From Setoptus koraiensis (taxonomy: Eukaryota > Animalia > Arthropoda), in assembly GCA_048013815.1 (NCBI GenBank), contig CM106585.1, positions 10,540,001-10,604,000 of the forward strand: a stretch of DNA of 64,000 nt, read 5' to 3'. Shown one piece after another: positions 12,701 to 21,946 of the stretch; the stretch's first letter is position 1; each line of letters opens with the position of its first letter. The notes under the pieces were generated by a model that was not told where the DNA came from, searched no databases, and saw nothing but the letters and a program-made list of their open reading frames with translations. A program made the translations under genes and the position numbers.

Positions 12701-15700
12701 TCAGCGAAAGAAGCACAACGTCTTACGGAGCCACCGCCGGAAAGATCGTCCGACGAGCTGCCATTCTCACGATTGGCTCGCATCATGTCTCTATAGATGG
12801 CCGCTGCTCCGATTAGAGCATTGGCGCTGCCTCTTTTGCCATAGGTAGGTTGCAGACGCTTCAGAATCTCCTCTCTTTTAGCACCGTTACTATTTTGTTC
12901 TCGTCTATGTCGCAGACACTCGTCAATGTCTCTAGCTCTGCGAGCCTCTAACGAGACAAGATTATTGGCGGATGGCGTCGTTCCGGACAGCGACGACAGA
13001 GGCATTGGATAATCTCTTATGATCTCCTCGTAACTGCAACCTTTCACCGGCGATGTCAAATGCTCACCAGACAAATGATTGTTGTTGTCTGTTTGTGACG
13101 ATGTGTCGATATCATTATTATTATTGTTGGTTGTTAGATTCTTGTAAGAAAGCTCAAACTCCAAAAGAGAGTCGGTGTAACCTGAAGGAGACTTGTTGTG
13201 CTTTGATGACGATCGTGAATTGCTGGTGTTGTTGCTGCTTGATGTTTGACGTTTTCTTTGGGGTGACGGAGAAAGTATCGATAATTGTTGTCTGCTTGAT
13301 GCTTTTGAATTTTGACGAGAAGATGAACGAGATGTAGACCGACACTGGCTACGATTCTGATTTTTGATTGACAGCTTATTGTTGCTATGAGTGTTAGTGT
13401 TTGAGCTAGATGAGTTGCCTGTTTGAAGTTTTGATTTCTTCGAACGTTTGCTTAGAGTATTTGGTGATATCAATCTAGAACGGTGACTACTACTATTGGC
13501 TGTGTTGTTGTCGGATAAGTTATTTAGTATTGACTTAGATACATCTTCTTTAAGATCTTCAAATAAACTTATTCCGTTGTGATAACCGAGCAAATTTCTT
13601 ATCTGACTAGGAACGACTAAGTGTCTATTTAAATTTGGATATCTTGTATGCGGATTCAATGTCCAATGAGAATAATTTTGATGTAAATTTTCACTAGTGG
13701 TTTGAGCCAACAAACGATAGATGGACTCTCTTTCGGCTATTACGCTGAGCACAGATTTAATATTATAATTGTTAGTTAAGGCAGTAGAAGTGGTATTATT
13801 CTTATCGGCATCGACACAATTCGATTGGTTTTTTTGTTGTTTCATTATCGGACATTTGTTGACAGCCCATTGCCTGCACATCCAAGCGGTATCCAACGAC
13901 GATAGAAAACCTCTTGCACATCCGCTTCCTGTAGGCCAAAATGGCTCCAACAAACTATCACCAACAAGATTAATAAGTACAAGACCACCTTCTTTTGTTT
14001 GTAAGGCCTTGCAGGCATTTGAAGCAGCATACATCGATGTGAAATCAAACATGGCACAATCTTCTTGACCGTAATGATTTAAGGCAAAATTTAGAGGCTC
14101 CAGACCGGTTGTCCAACTTGCGGCGTCTTTGGCGTACTCAAGTAACGCTTTTCTATTAATGTTGTCTTCGCAAAGTAACTCGTTGGTCGTAGCAAAATCT
14201 TTTAAAAGAACTTTTCGTTCCAGAAGTGAGCGTTTTTGGGCCGTCATAACAAAATAGTGAGTGTCGTCTTTATAATAGCAAATATTCTCCAATAATATAT
14301 TTGTATCACTTGCCAATGCTTTGAATAGATCCTGATTGTAAATATAAGAAATACCTGATATTTCGGGTATTTTCGCCTCGGCGGGTGTTTGCGCATTAAT
14401 AAAGTTAGCGGTTATTGCTATGGCCAATCTACCTCTAAACTCCTTTCGAGGAAAAAATGTTTTCAAAGTATTGCGTCTTCCATCGGCACCAATGATGACG
14501 TCCCATTTGATTTGATGCAATTCAGTTTCCTGTAATGGGTAATCACATTTAAAATGGGCATTCGAGCCAAACAATCTACTGTTTGTTGATGACTGTTTCT
14601 GACTATCTGTAGTTTGTTCTGTCTGCTGCTGAGGGTGGTCATCCATTCTTTGGTCACTATCAATCGCCGTTTCATGATTATCTGCCGATCCATTAGCGCC
14701 ATCGTCGTCATCAATTAACGGTATGGGCGATGCGCATATTGACGATGGTCTAGTTTCGAGCAATACAACATGGTTGTTTTTAATGCCAGCATTGCCCTCC
14801 TCCGACATGTAGTCGTCATCGTCCTGATTGGCGTTACTCTCCGTTGACTTGTCACATGATGTTCCCGAATCGCCGTCAATAATATCACAATTATTGGTTG
14901 TGCCATCGGCATTGTTAAGGCTAGCCGGACAAAGGCCCATAAATGAGCAGGAGTCGCGGAAGTCGCATCCTATCATGAGGCATATTTTCAGTAATATCAA
15001 TTGTATCTGTCGAATTGAGATATGGTCAATGCTGCCAGCACAAAATTTTCCATAGAATTTTTTAGCGCCCAAACTTCTGAGGTCCTCTATCACAAAGGGC
15101 CAAAGATGTAGAACGTTATTCCTAGAGAAGCGACTTCGCTTTTCTGCTATAACCACTCTCTTTGCTCCCAATAATTGCAATTCAATCGCTGTTCTTAATC
15201 CAGCCGGTCCAGCACCCACGATCAAACAACTGTAGCCTTGCATGGCATTGTTACTGCTACTGTCTTGTTGTTGTTCTTGATGCGATGATGAGTATGAATG
15301 ATCCGGCATTGTTTGGTCACTGTTGGTGGACTTGTTGTTTTGATAGCATCGATGCAGGGCTCTTCGGTCAATTTTGGCAAATATAGCCGCCGCTTTCCAA
15401 TTTTTTCTGACTCTATTGGTGAGTACGGCCTTTTTGAGAGTTGGAAAGAACACATTGAATTGACAGGGGTTCAGGTCTAAATAGTTGAGCATACGGTGAT
15501 GAATAGCTAAAACGTTTCTAAGGGTAGACGCCTCGATGAATAAATCAAATAAATCCGCCAAAGAGACCTCATTGGAGAGCAATTGAATAATGGGTTGCTT
15601 CTTATCTGTGCCATTATTGTTGCTGCCATGTTGTTGTGCAGTTAATCTATTTAGTACCACTTTGTCCGTTTCATTATTATCAACAGTAATGGGCTCGTGC

Positions 15701-15738
15701 TCGCTTTCTAGTGGGGATTTCTGTTTTTGTTGGCCCAT
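9796..15738 (-). CDS. MICAL: MICAL family F-actin methionine monooxygenase
   Basis: Single ~1,980-aa ORF from ATG 15738 (MGQQKQK). It has the FAD motif LIVGAGPAGLRTAIEL and the MICAL hallmarks FSRNNVLHLWPFVIEDLR, FCAGSIDHISIRQIQL, AMFDFTSMYA, VGDSLLEPFWPTGSGCARGFL and YPNLN. A LIM-type Cys/His cluster and an acidic low-complexity C-terminus follow. Confidence 0.95.
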   Translation of the reverse strand: MGQQKQKSPLESEHEPITVDNNETDKVVLNRLTAQQHGSNNNGTDKKQPIIQLLSNEVSLADLFDLFIEASTLRNVLAIHHRMLNYLDLNPCQFNVFFPTLKKAVLTNRVRKNWKAAAIFAKIDRRALHRCYQNNKSTNSDQTMPDHSYSSSHQEQQQDSSSNNAMQGYSCLIVGAGPAGLRTAIELQLLGAKRVVIAEKRSRFSRNNVLHLWPFVIEDLRSLGAKKFYGKFCAGSIDHISIRQIQLILLKICLMIGCDFRDSCSFMGLCPASLNNADGTTNNCDIIDGDSGTSCDKSTESNANQDDDDYMSEEGNAGIKNNHVVLLETRPSSICASPIPLIDDDDGANGSADNHETAIDSDQRMDDHPQQQTEQTTDSQKQSSTNSRLFGSNAHFKCDYPLQETELHQIKWDVIIGADGRRNTLKTFFPRKEFRGRLAIAITANFINAQTPAEAKIPEISGISYIYNQDLFKALASDTNILLENICYYKDDTHYFVMTAQKRSLLERKVLLKDFATTNELLCEDNINRKALLEYAKDAASWTTGLEPLNFALNHYGQEDCAMFDFTSMYAASNACKALQTKEGGLVLINLVGDSLLEPFWPTGSGCARGFLSSLDTAWMCRQWAVNKCPIMKQQKNQSNCVDADKNNTTSTALTNNYNIKSVLSVIAERESIYRLLAQTTSENLHQNYSHWTLNPHTRYPNLNRHLVVPSQIRNLLGYHNGISLFEDLKEDVSKSILNNLSDNNTANSSSHRSRLISPNTLSKRSKKSKLQTGNSSSSNTNTHSNNKLSIKNQNRSQCRSTSRSSSRQNSKASSRQQLSILSPSPQRKRQTSSSNNTSNSRSSSKHNKSPSGYTDSLLEFELSYKNLTTNNNNNDIDTSSQTDNNNHLSGEHLTSPVKGCSYEEIIRDYPMPLSSLSGTTPSANNLVSLEARRARDIDECLRHRREQNSNGAKREEILKRLQPTYGKRGSANALIGAAAIYRDMMRANRENGSSSDDLSGGGSVRRCASFAERVKSFENKLSESYGLSSSPTAAIVAARDRTSNDIDDIRNLPQFATLQEMFVTNSTLNNEKDLTMKKKTKMPIMKLTKDDWNVKCWEERLAKYHNKQMLYEECENNRNSHSLTASGPENNSPGRKVANIVEDSTKAGRKYTKPEKQVEVFKGRIREMADKLRRPSEIANGVATKNQIYRRDGSSGNSNTNDNSSLSGNKSHEFSLGSRSHAWVNLIKGELSGTSKRSDDNSIYSSSRHKRVIKKLFEDDDDEDEKQNEHQHYDHLCLNKPKNKYAPVNNYTSYRSRASLNDNSSINSSNNNNNMSGNRNGINGRLGGQSQLSDEKKYIGGGNVYKDVVETNHALTQSSSINSKITTAITAKTASSIGGSSSASSTISELSSNGSNKRNQQQQQQQQQNNGSQANAVNDNKRFNHSIPIGTNSQNAVCIRCKNSVATIDKVVIDDSIVHRSCLTCSKCDVRLRLNEIKSQQLTTTIRNNDKSNGNGADDGKQQSYNGRVNNANSSSQLTNNNDSNNDGIDEAMDNMQLGDSEIVYNFICVICQSSLRQMRQIGMADVAGDGDYNGLNMTTTTNIDNDDEKVMNGVDKIKERVKSKEEFLNQQVDYSALYKSILDDNAANVPLTIDSRTSDDNTKANNINNDIVHDNNGHHVNNKKISSDDDNNESGTTHNSSSCRSSENGHLSCGDEQHNRDDQEDDNDCEKISERVGFELSSRRSSSMDEDELEDIQLRLDSKRSNNQSNQEEEQQFSISSVGSSDTGSSGLKSTLSSSSTSSYDNDHLDDEPDSLSEDGSLDVGGDDDDDDDDAEQDDDEALNSRLSSPGSHAEDDDEDDNGDNCDNDVNDKSSLNSPPNTDAYGDEEDEDEEEDDRNSTYNDFLTSEEFDYSANVSKILASPSHANNRNNYNGDNTGPSNSVNSTPTKCQRSDICSSSCSDNIIKVSPRKQATTSLTGAIASAPPPEIVIEYHDTA

Positions 15739-17791
15739 TTTGGCAGACCAACAATCAAATGCTTGATACAAACGACTGTTTCGAGAGCTGGTTGAGTATG
15801 TAGCTAGGTAAGATGAGTAAGTGGGGTATCACATGGAGACGATGTTAAATGGACTAGAATTGTTTGTTTGTTTGTTTTTTGATCTTGAGTATTGATTATT
15901 TAATGGTGATGAATATTGTGTTGTAGAGTTGATTATTTTGAATATTTTCTATTTAATGTATGTCAGCTGAGTGAATAATTATTGGGTGTCCGTCGGACAC
16001 ACAGTGAGTAGACAGTTTACAGTTTGTTGTTCACGTCGACACACACTCACACACACAAGTAACGGCATCGAGTGCGTTGTCCAGTTTTTCTTGTCTCGAT
16101 ATAATATAATGTGTTGTTGCTCCTATAAATTCTTCTATATCAAAATATTTCTCTATTCTTTGTCTGTTGTAGTTGAAAAATATTTTCTATTGTCGTCAAT
16201 ATTTATTTTTATTGTCCAGCTGGTCTGGTGTTCACGATGTCATGCATCGAGTGCTTGCAGAATCGAGTGTCTCTTTGTTGTTGCTGCTGCCGCTGTTGTT
16301 GTTGCTGCTCTCACTGTGTTAGACTGGGCCAAACCATGATGCAATTCTTCTTTGGTTAGCCATCTAAATATTTCCAGTTATTCCAACTATTGATTTTCAC
16401 TATTATGATTGCTGTTGCTGCTGTTGTTATTGTGTATCACTGAAAATGGAAGTACACATTTCGAATGGGACTGAGGAACAAAGACTAAACTTTATTGTTG
16501 TGTTAGGCAAGCTATATTGGTCGTCGTCGTCGTCGTAGTCATTAGTACACTATAGTGGAGAGGCTAAACATCAAGATGGCAGTCATAGTGTAGACTTGTC
16601 TATATGATTTATAATGCGAGACTGAACTGCACTGAACAACAACAAGACAGACTCAAAACAAACGGTACACGTATAATGCTGCAATTGTTGCCACTTTTGA
16701 ATTGTGTCTCCTTTGACCTCCGCTAGCTCGACCATTGGCGCTGCTCAGCTATATCATTATAATAGCGGTACAGTTATGCGCCAATACAAGAGAACGCAGC
16801 AAAGCGCCATCTAACTTTTAATGAGATCTTTCTATTTAGACACACGCACACATTTCTCTCTATCGGATAAAGTCTGTCGTCCAATTCCACACGAATGTTA
16901 CAACTAACAAGAATCATTGGTCCGATGGGCATGAGAAATTTAAACTCCGCCCAAAGCTATCTGTCTAGCTATTAGCTTTTGGCTAGTGGTAGAGGTACAA
17001 CAACAACATTATCGCAGTAGTAGTAGTAGTAGTTATATTTAACTGCTCCCTCTCTCTCTCTCTCTCTCTCCATTCTGACTCCGTCTTCTTTCTTCACCCT
17101 TTTACCACCACCTCAGCCGTGCTTATTATTGCACCGTGTTTATTATCAAACCGTTAGCTAGTTAACTCCATTATGCGCTCCATTATGTACTCCATTATGT
17201 TCGAGCTCGACTCGAAATATCCATTCATCGTCATCACATAGCATCACACAACGGCGAGCCCTGAGTCGCGCCCAACTTGAGTCGCATCCATACGACCCGC
17301 ACAACAGCAACTACTACCACTCCATCAGTCATAACAATGTCAGCTGTTGTTGTCGCCCATGCAGTAACAGCAACAACAACATCCTAATAACGGTCAGTCC
17401 GGCTCAAAAATTTGAGGTGAGTCGCGAGATTGCGATTTGATGATGCAAACCTCACCTCCGCGAGTCATCAAGACAGCTAGCAGCAACAACACCAACACAA
17501 TCACCAGCAGCACAAGCAACAGCAGCGCCAACTCAAAATTGTGTATCAGCTGCTACATTTTTCTGTGCTTAAGTGCTAAAGTAAATAATAAATTCATTAC
17601 ATGTAATATGTAATATTATCATCATTATTAGTATTGTCATTATTATTATTTCTTTCATTTCATTATTTCTACTATTACTATTATCATCATCATCAACGTT
17701 ATCGGTTCGGAGCGAGCTCGCCCGGTCCGCCCTCCCCTAGCCAAACGTTATTTTTTCTACGATTATCTGTATCATCTTTTTTACTGCAATC

Positions 17792-18367
17792 ATGACAACA
17801 AAACATCCATCAGATCACAAGGCGCCAACACAATCGCCAAAAACGCAAACAACAACCCAGACACCGCATGGACCACTCACGGACGAGGACAGGGATAAAT
17901 TAAAAGAAAAACTGACACCACTTCAATTCAAGATAACACAAGAAAAACAAACAGAGTTGCCAAATTCGGGAAAATTCAATAAATTCAAAGAGACAGGCAC
18001 TTACGAATGCGTTGTATGCGGTCAGAAATTGTTTAGTTCTGATAAGAAATTTGAATCGGGTTGTGGATGGCCGGCCTTCTACGATACTGTTATTGACGGT
18101 GGCATACGCGAACAAAGAGATGAATCTTTAGCCGGTGGTTCTGCCAATTCGGAATTTGCTGAGAAATTTCTCGTCAGAACAGAGATATTATGCTCAAGGT
18201 GTGACGCTCACCTTGGCCACGTATTTGACGACGGACCTCCCCCGACAAGGCGTCGCTATTGCGTCAACTCGGCCTCAATGAGGTTCAGAACCCCAGATGG
18301 AAAATTGCTTGTAGACGAAGGCCCTGATAGGAATGCTCAACCTGACCTTTATGATTCATTAAAATGA
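17792..18367 (+). CDS. MsrB: Methionine-R-sulfoxide reductase B (Cys-type MsrB/SelR)
   Basis: Motifs LTPLQFKITQEKQTE, zinc pairs CVVC and CSRC, KFESGCGWPAF, HLGHVFDDGP and catalytic RYCVNSAS. Confidence 0.97.
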   Translation: MTTKHPSDHKAPTQSPKTQTTTQTPHGPLTDEDRDKLKEKLTPLQFKITQEKQTELPNSGKFNKFKETGTYECVVCGQKLFSSDKKFESGCGWPAFYDTVIDGGIREQRDESLAGGSANSEFAEKFLVRTEILCSRCDAHLGHVFDDGPPPTRRRYCVNSASMRFRTPDGKLLVDEGPDRNAQPDLYDSLK

Positions 18368-18461
18368 TAACACTTTTATAACAAATATTACTCACTATTT
18401 TCTATTTCAACATCAGTACCTGACTATAATTTATTTATTACAATTAATTAGAATTCAAAAA

Positions 18462-21020
18462 TCACGATTGCTCAGGCCTAGATTCTAACGGTCTCATAAA
18501 TTTCCAACCATCATCAGATGGGTCGAAGTACTGCAACATGTTTTTGGTATTCGATTGTAACGTTGGATAGTAAGGAGTAATAAAAGAAATGTTAGTGGAT
18601 AAACTCTTGAAAATGATGATTTTGCAATCGTAAATTATAAAGTGGCCACTACTCACCCTTGTCTCCCATTTGACTCCCTTTTCTTGACGCTCCTTTAATG
18701 ACTCTCTTTGCTTTTGTTCTATGAACGTCTTAGCCGCTGTGGCATTGGCGACATCCCGAAACTTCAAGGCCCTGGTAACCTCTTTCCAAACATTACGTGA
18801 TTCAAATGTCTCTTGGGCACTTATTGGCCGAACATGTTTCTTAATCACCGGTAATGAACTAGTATCGACAAATATTTCCTTCTCACCTGTGGCTGTACTC
18901 TTGGAGTACATGATCCCATTCCATTCGCCATCAATATTCAGATATGGCTCATTATTGGGCCTAAGAATTTCACCTAAAACACGGTGCTTCTTGCCCCCAT
19001 AAAACGGTTTAGTAACAAATTCGATATTAGCTGAGTACTGCGTCTGAGCACATTTGATAGTTACTGATCCTCCAAGTTCCATCCACGGAACTGTTAATAT
19101 ACTTCTGCCGAAAGCGCTTGGAAATGTGCAAGTATAAGTCTCATTATGATCTAACAAATTAATAGTTCCATGTCCAATATTGTTGACACCAATGGATAAG
19201 CCGAGATATTTTGATTTTGTATAAACATGAGCACAGCATGTAATTCGTTTAGCTTTGTTCTCTGCGTAGAATGCGGAAACTGGAGGGTGATGTGATACTT
19301 GTTCGGCAACAAAAATCAGACTATCCTTGGCGAGCGTGCTAGGGAATTCATCATTTAAATCACATGTGGTAGATTCTTTCTGTCTAGTGTAGCTGTCGGC
19401 CGAGAAAGTTGTTTCATCCGTAGTTCTGTTATTGTTTCCGCTTTTTTCTTTTACGTGACCATTGTCATTTTGATTATTGGCTTCTTGTAGCTGCCAATGA
19501 CAACGGAAAATCTCGCCCAATATAGGATTGTATGGCTTCTTGGGCAGGGAAGAGTTTCTTCCAGCATGGAAAGCGGACAAATACCAGCGAACTACTTGGG
19601 TCATACGTTCTTCTGGTGTCTTGTGATCGGGAATGTTGGAAAATAAATCAGGGTGGGCAAAAAAATCAGCGTACATCTCTAATAGTGATCTCTTTTCTAA
19701 GATAAAAGTTGGTAAAACCACCTTAGTCAAGTCCATTCCAATCCTAATTTGTGACAATAAATGTTTTATCACACTACCATTGCCGTCTTCCATATTTCCT
19801 AGATCCTCTTCTTCTTCATCATATAACGATTCCCAATCAACACTCCCCTCCATGCTTGAGTTGGCTACTTTTGAATGATCCTGTGATAATATAATTTGTT
19901 GTTGCTGATGAGTTGGTGTCGACAGTGGTGATGATGATGGATGTCCTTTACTGATATTACTGCAGGCATCTAAATTATCATGATGGCTGGTAGTATTATT
20001 CAATATTGCTGGAGTCTGTTGCTGTTGTTTATTGATTTCCGAACAGTAAGACGTTTGCGCAGGATTAGAAGTATTAGTGGCAATTTGTTGTTGCTGTGTG
20101 ATTGCAATTAATTCCTTACTCAATGTCAGATTTGTTAAATTTCTATGTAATACATTTTCTCTTGTTGTGGCTGGCGTATCATCATCTGCATCGTAGAATG
20201 GCTCATCATCATCATCGTCGTCGCTAACGTCAACCATTTGCCGCTGCTGTTCATTATTTTGTGGTGTTATTAATAATGATGTTTGGTTGTAGCTACTAAT
20301 ATTGCGCTGCTTTTTCAACGACAACGGCGATGTCGATGACGCTGCCGTCGCCACTGTCGCTGATGTTACTGTTGTGGCCGCGGCAGCTGAATTACAATTT
20401 GAACTATCGACTAGAGCTTGATCTGTAGCTATCGAGTGCCTGTACTGTGGGTAGTGATAAATTTTGCCACTATTATTATCCCTATAACTGATACTATTGT
20501 CTGAGGCCAGTTCCGACGATGATTGCGGCGATAATCTAGCCAATCTATTACTGCTGTTATTGTCTAGTGAGGTGGCCTGTTGTTGTTGTTGTTTTAGGCG
20601 CTGCTTATCCTTGTTTCTGGATTTATCCTTTTTTCTTGATGGGGCCCTGATAGTGGCACCGTCGGCAAGTGGCGCACCACCAGATGGTGACGAGCTAGAA
20701 TTTGCCTGAGATGATGCAGATAAATTGGCTACTGACGAGGTGTTAGGCGAATCGGACGATGCAGCTGACTTAAGTGGTATTGCCTTCACTGTAACCTTGG
20801 CTATCTGTAATAGTACTATTGCATGCTTGATCGAGCCTAATAAATTATCTGAATTGTTCTTTATGGTTATGAGACCATCTCGTTCTTGATCACTAGAGGC
20901 CAATTCTATTTTCTTATCTAGCTTCTCTGTTTGCTCAATAAGTAACTGTAAGTAGGCATCAACCTCTGCCAATTTTTGATCGAAATCGTTGATAGAAACT
21001 TTCTTGTGACTATGGTACAT
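18462..21020 (-). CDS. OSBPL9: Oxysterol-binding protein-related protein, ORP9-like; 2 exons (21020-18657, 18530-18462)
   Basis: ORP9-type coiled coil DFDQKLAEVDAYLQLLIEQ, FFAT-like EPFYDADD, and ORD motifs GMDLTKVVLPTFILE, KKPYNPILGE and EQVSHHPP. Intron 18656-18531 (GTGAGT...TTGCAG) joins WETR|YFDP. Confidence 0.93.
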   Translation of the reverse strand: MYHSHKKVSINDFDQKLAEVDAYLQLLIEQTEKLDKKIELASSDQERDGLITIKNNSDNLLGSIKHAIVLLQIAKVTVKAIPLKSAASSDSPNTSSVANLSASSQANSSSSPSGGAPLADGATIRAPSRKKDKSRNKDKQRLKQQQQQATSLDNNSSNRLARLSPQSSSELASDNSISYRDNNSGKIYHYPQYRHSIATDQALVDSSNCNSAAAATTVTSATVATAASSTSPLSLKKQRNISSYNQTSLLITPQNNEQQRQMVDVSDDDDDDEPFYDADDDTPATTRENVLHRNLTNLTLSKELIAITQQQQIATNTSNPAQTSYCSEINKQQQQTPAILNNTTSHHDNLDACSNISKGHPSSSPLSTPTHQQQQIILSQDHSKVANSSMEGSVDWESLYDEEEEDLGNMEDGNGSVIKHLLSQIRIGMDLTKVVLPTFILEKRSLLEMYADFFAHPDLFSNIPDHKTPEERMTQVVRWYLSAFHAGRNSSLPKKPYNPILGEIFRCHWQLQEANNQNDNGHVKEKSGNNNRTTDETTFSADSYTRQKESTTCDLNDEFPSTLAKDSLIFVAEQVSHHPPVSAFYAENKAKRITCCAHVYTKSKYLGLSIGVNNIGHGTINLLDHNETYTCTFPSAFGRSILTVPWMELGGSVTIKCAQTQYSANIEFVTKPFYGGKKHRVLGEILRPNNEPYLNIDGEWNGIMYSKSTATGEKEIFVDTSSLPVIKKHVRPISAQETFESRNVWKEVTRALKFRDVANATAAKTFIEQKQRESLKERQEKGVKWETRVSSGHFIIYDCKIIIFKSLSTNISFITPYYPTLQSNTKNMLQYFDPSDDGWKFMRPLESRPEQS

Positions 21021-21805
21021 GGATGACAGTGATGTGGTCTCACAGAGGAATAGTAATATTGACTGGTGGCGGCGTTATATGTAATATTGGGTACATTAAG
21101 AGAATACATGTAATAAAACGGATAGGTAATAATAATGATAATAGTTAATGGTAATAATATTTCAATTCATCATTCAATTAGTGTTGATGATCGATAAATT
21201 GACGACTTTCATTGTTTCCTAAATGATGTTGCTGCCTATCCCACTGATCAATTGAATGGTGTTGTATATTGTTGTTGTTATTGTGTTGTTGCGTTCGTAA
21301 TGGCGTGTGCGTGTGGTTGAAAATGGCTGTTCGTTCTTGTGGTTGTCGCTGTCGTCGAGCCAAATAATAATTATAATGAATCACTTTGATAGTTAGCGAT
21401 GCCAACAAATGATATGGCAGGTTAGAAAGTGACTTTTTCCTGATATACGGCTAAACTAATGTGGTGGTAAATAAATAAAATAACACAACACAACAAAAGC
21501 ACCAATCTTGCACAGTAGTTGTGATTTGTGGCAGGCACAAGTATTGCCGCTGCTGCTGGGTGTAATTCGCTCCTCATGCCACTAGATATTATCATCTGAA
21601 TCTATTGTGCCACTCTTGTAAACATTATACTGATGACTTGGTATGAAAATAAATATACAACAATAATCGTATAATATTAAAACGTTGTTTGCATCAGTCT
21701 TTCGATAAAGTTTCTGCTTGAATATTCGATGAAACATGCCATACGAAACCGTCCCGCAGCACTTAGCCACTATCGTATATCAGTAATTTGCGCCCTTCTT
21801 TCGGC

Positions 21806-21946
21806 ATGCCTTGCACTGGGGCAGTACTAGACGCAGTGAAGGGTAACCTGAGCGCTAGTTATTGCTGATTGAAAACTTTATCCAATCATCCACGTACGGC
21901 TCCCTTCGGGGATTGTCATACGTAATTTTTGGGGGCCATCGGCCCT
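21806..21946 (+). ncRNA. U4: U4 spliceosomal snRNA
   Basis: The 5' end CCUUGCACUGGGGC is complementary to U6 stem II. The 5' stem-loop has a kink-turn (CGC-AGU-GA-AGG/GUAA/CCU-GA-GCG). The conserved block UUAUUGCUGAUUGAAAACUUU is present, then a central hairpin with a cUUCGg loop, the Sm site AAUUUUUGG and a terminal hairpin GGGCC-AUC-GGCCC. Ends are approximate. Confidence 0.92.

Noticed and set aside
16804-16813. GCGCCATCTA, a CTCF-core-like motif between MICAL and MsrB
   Set aside because: Partial match only; cannot be supported without ChIP or motif statistics.
21819-21833. GGGCAGTACT similarity to U4atac
   Set aside because: The flanking UUAUUGCUGAUUGAAAAC block, kink-turn layout and U6 complementarity identify major U4.
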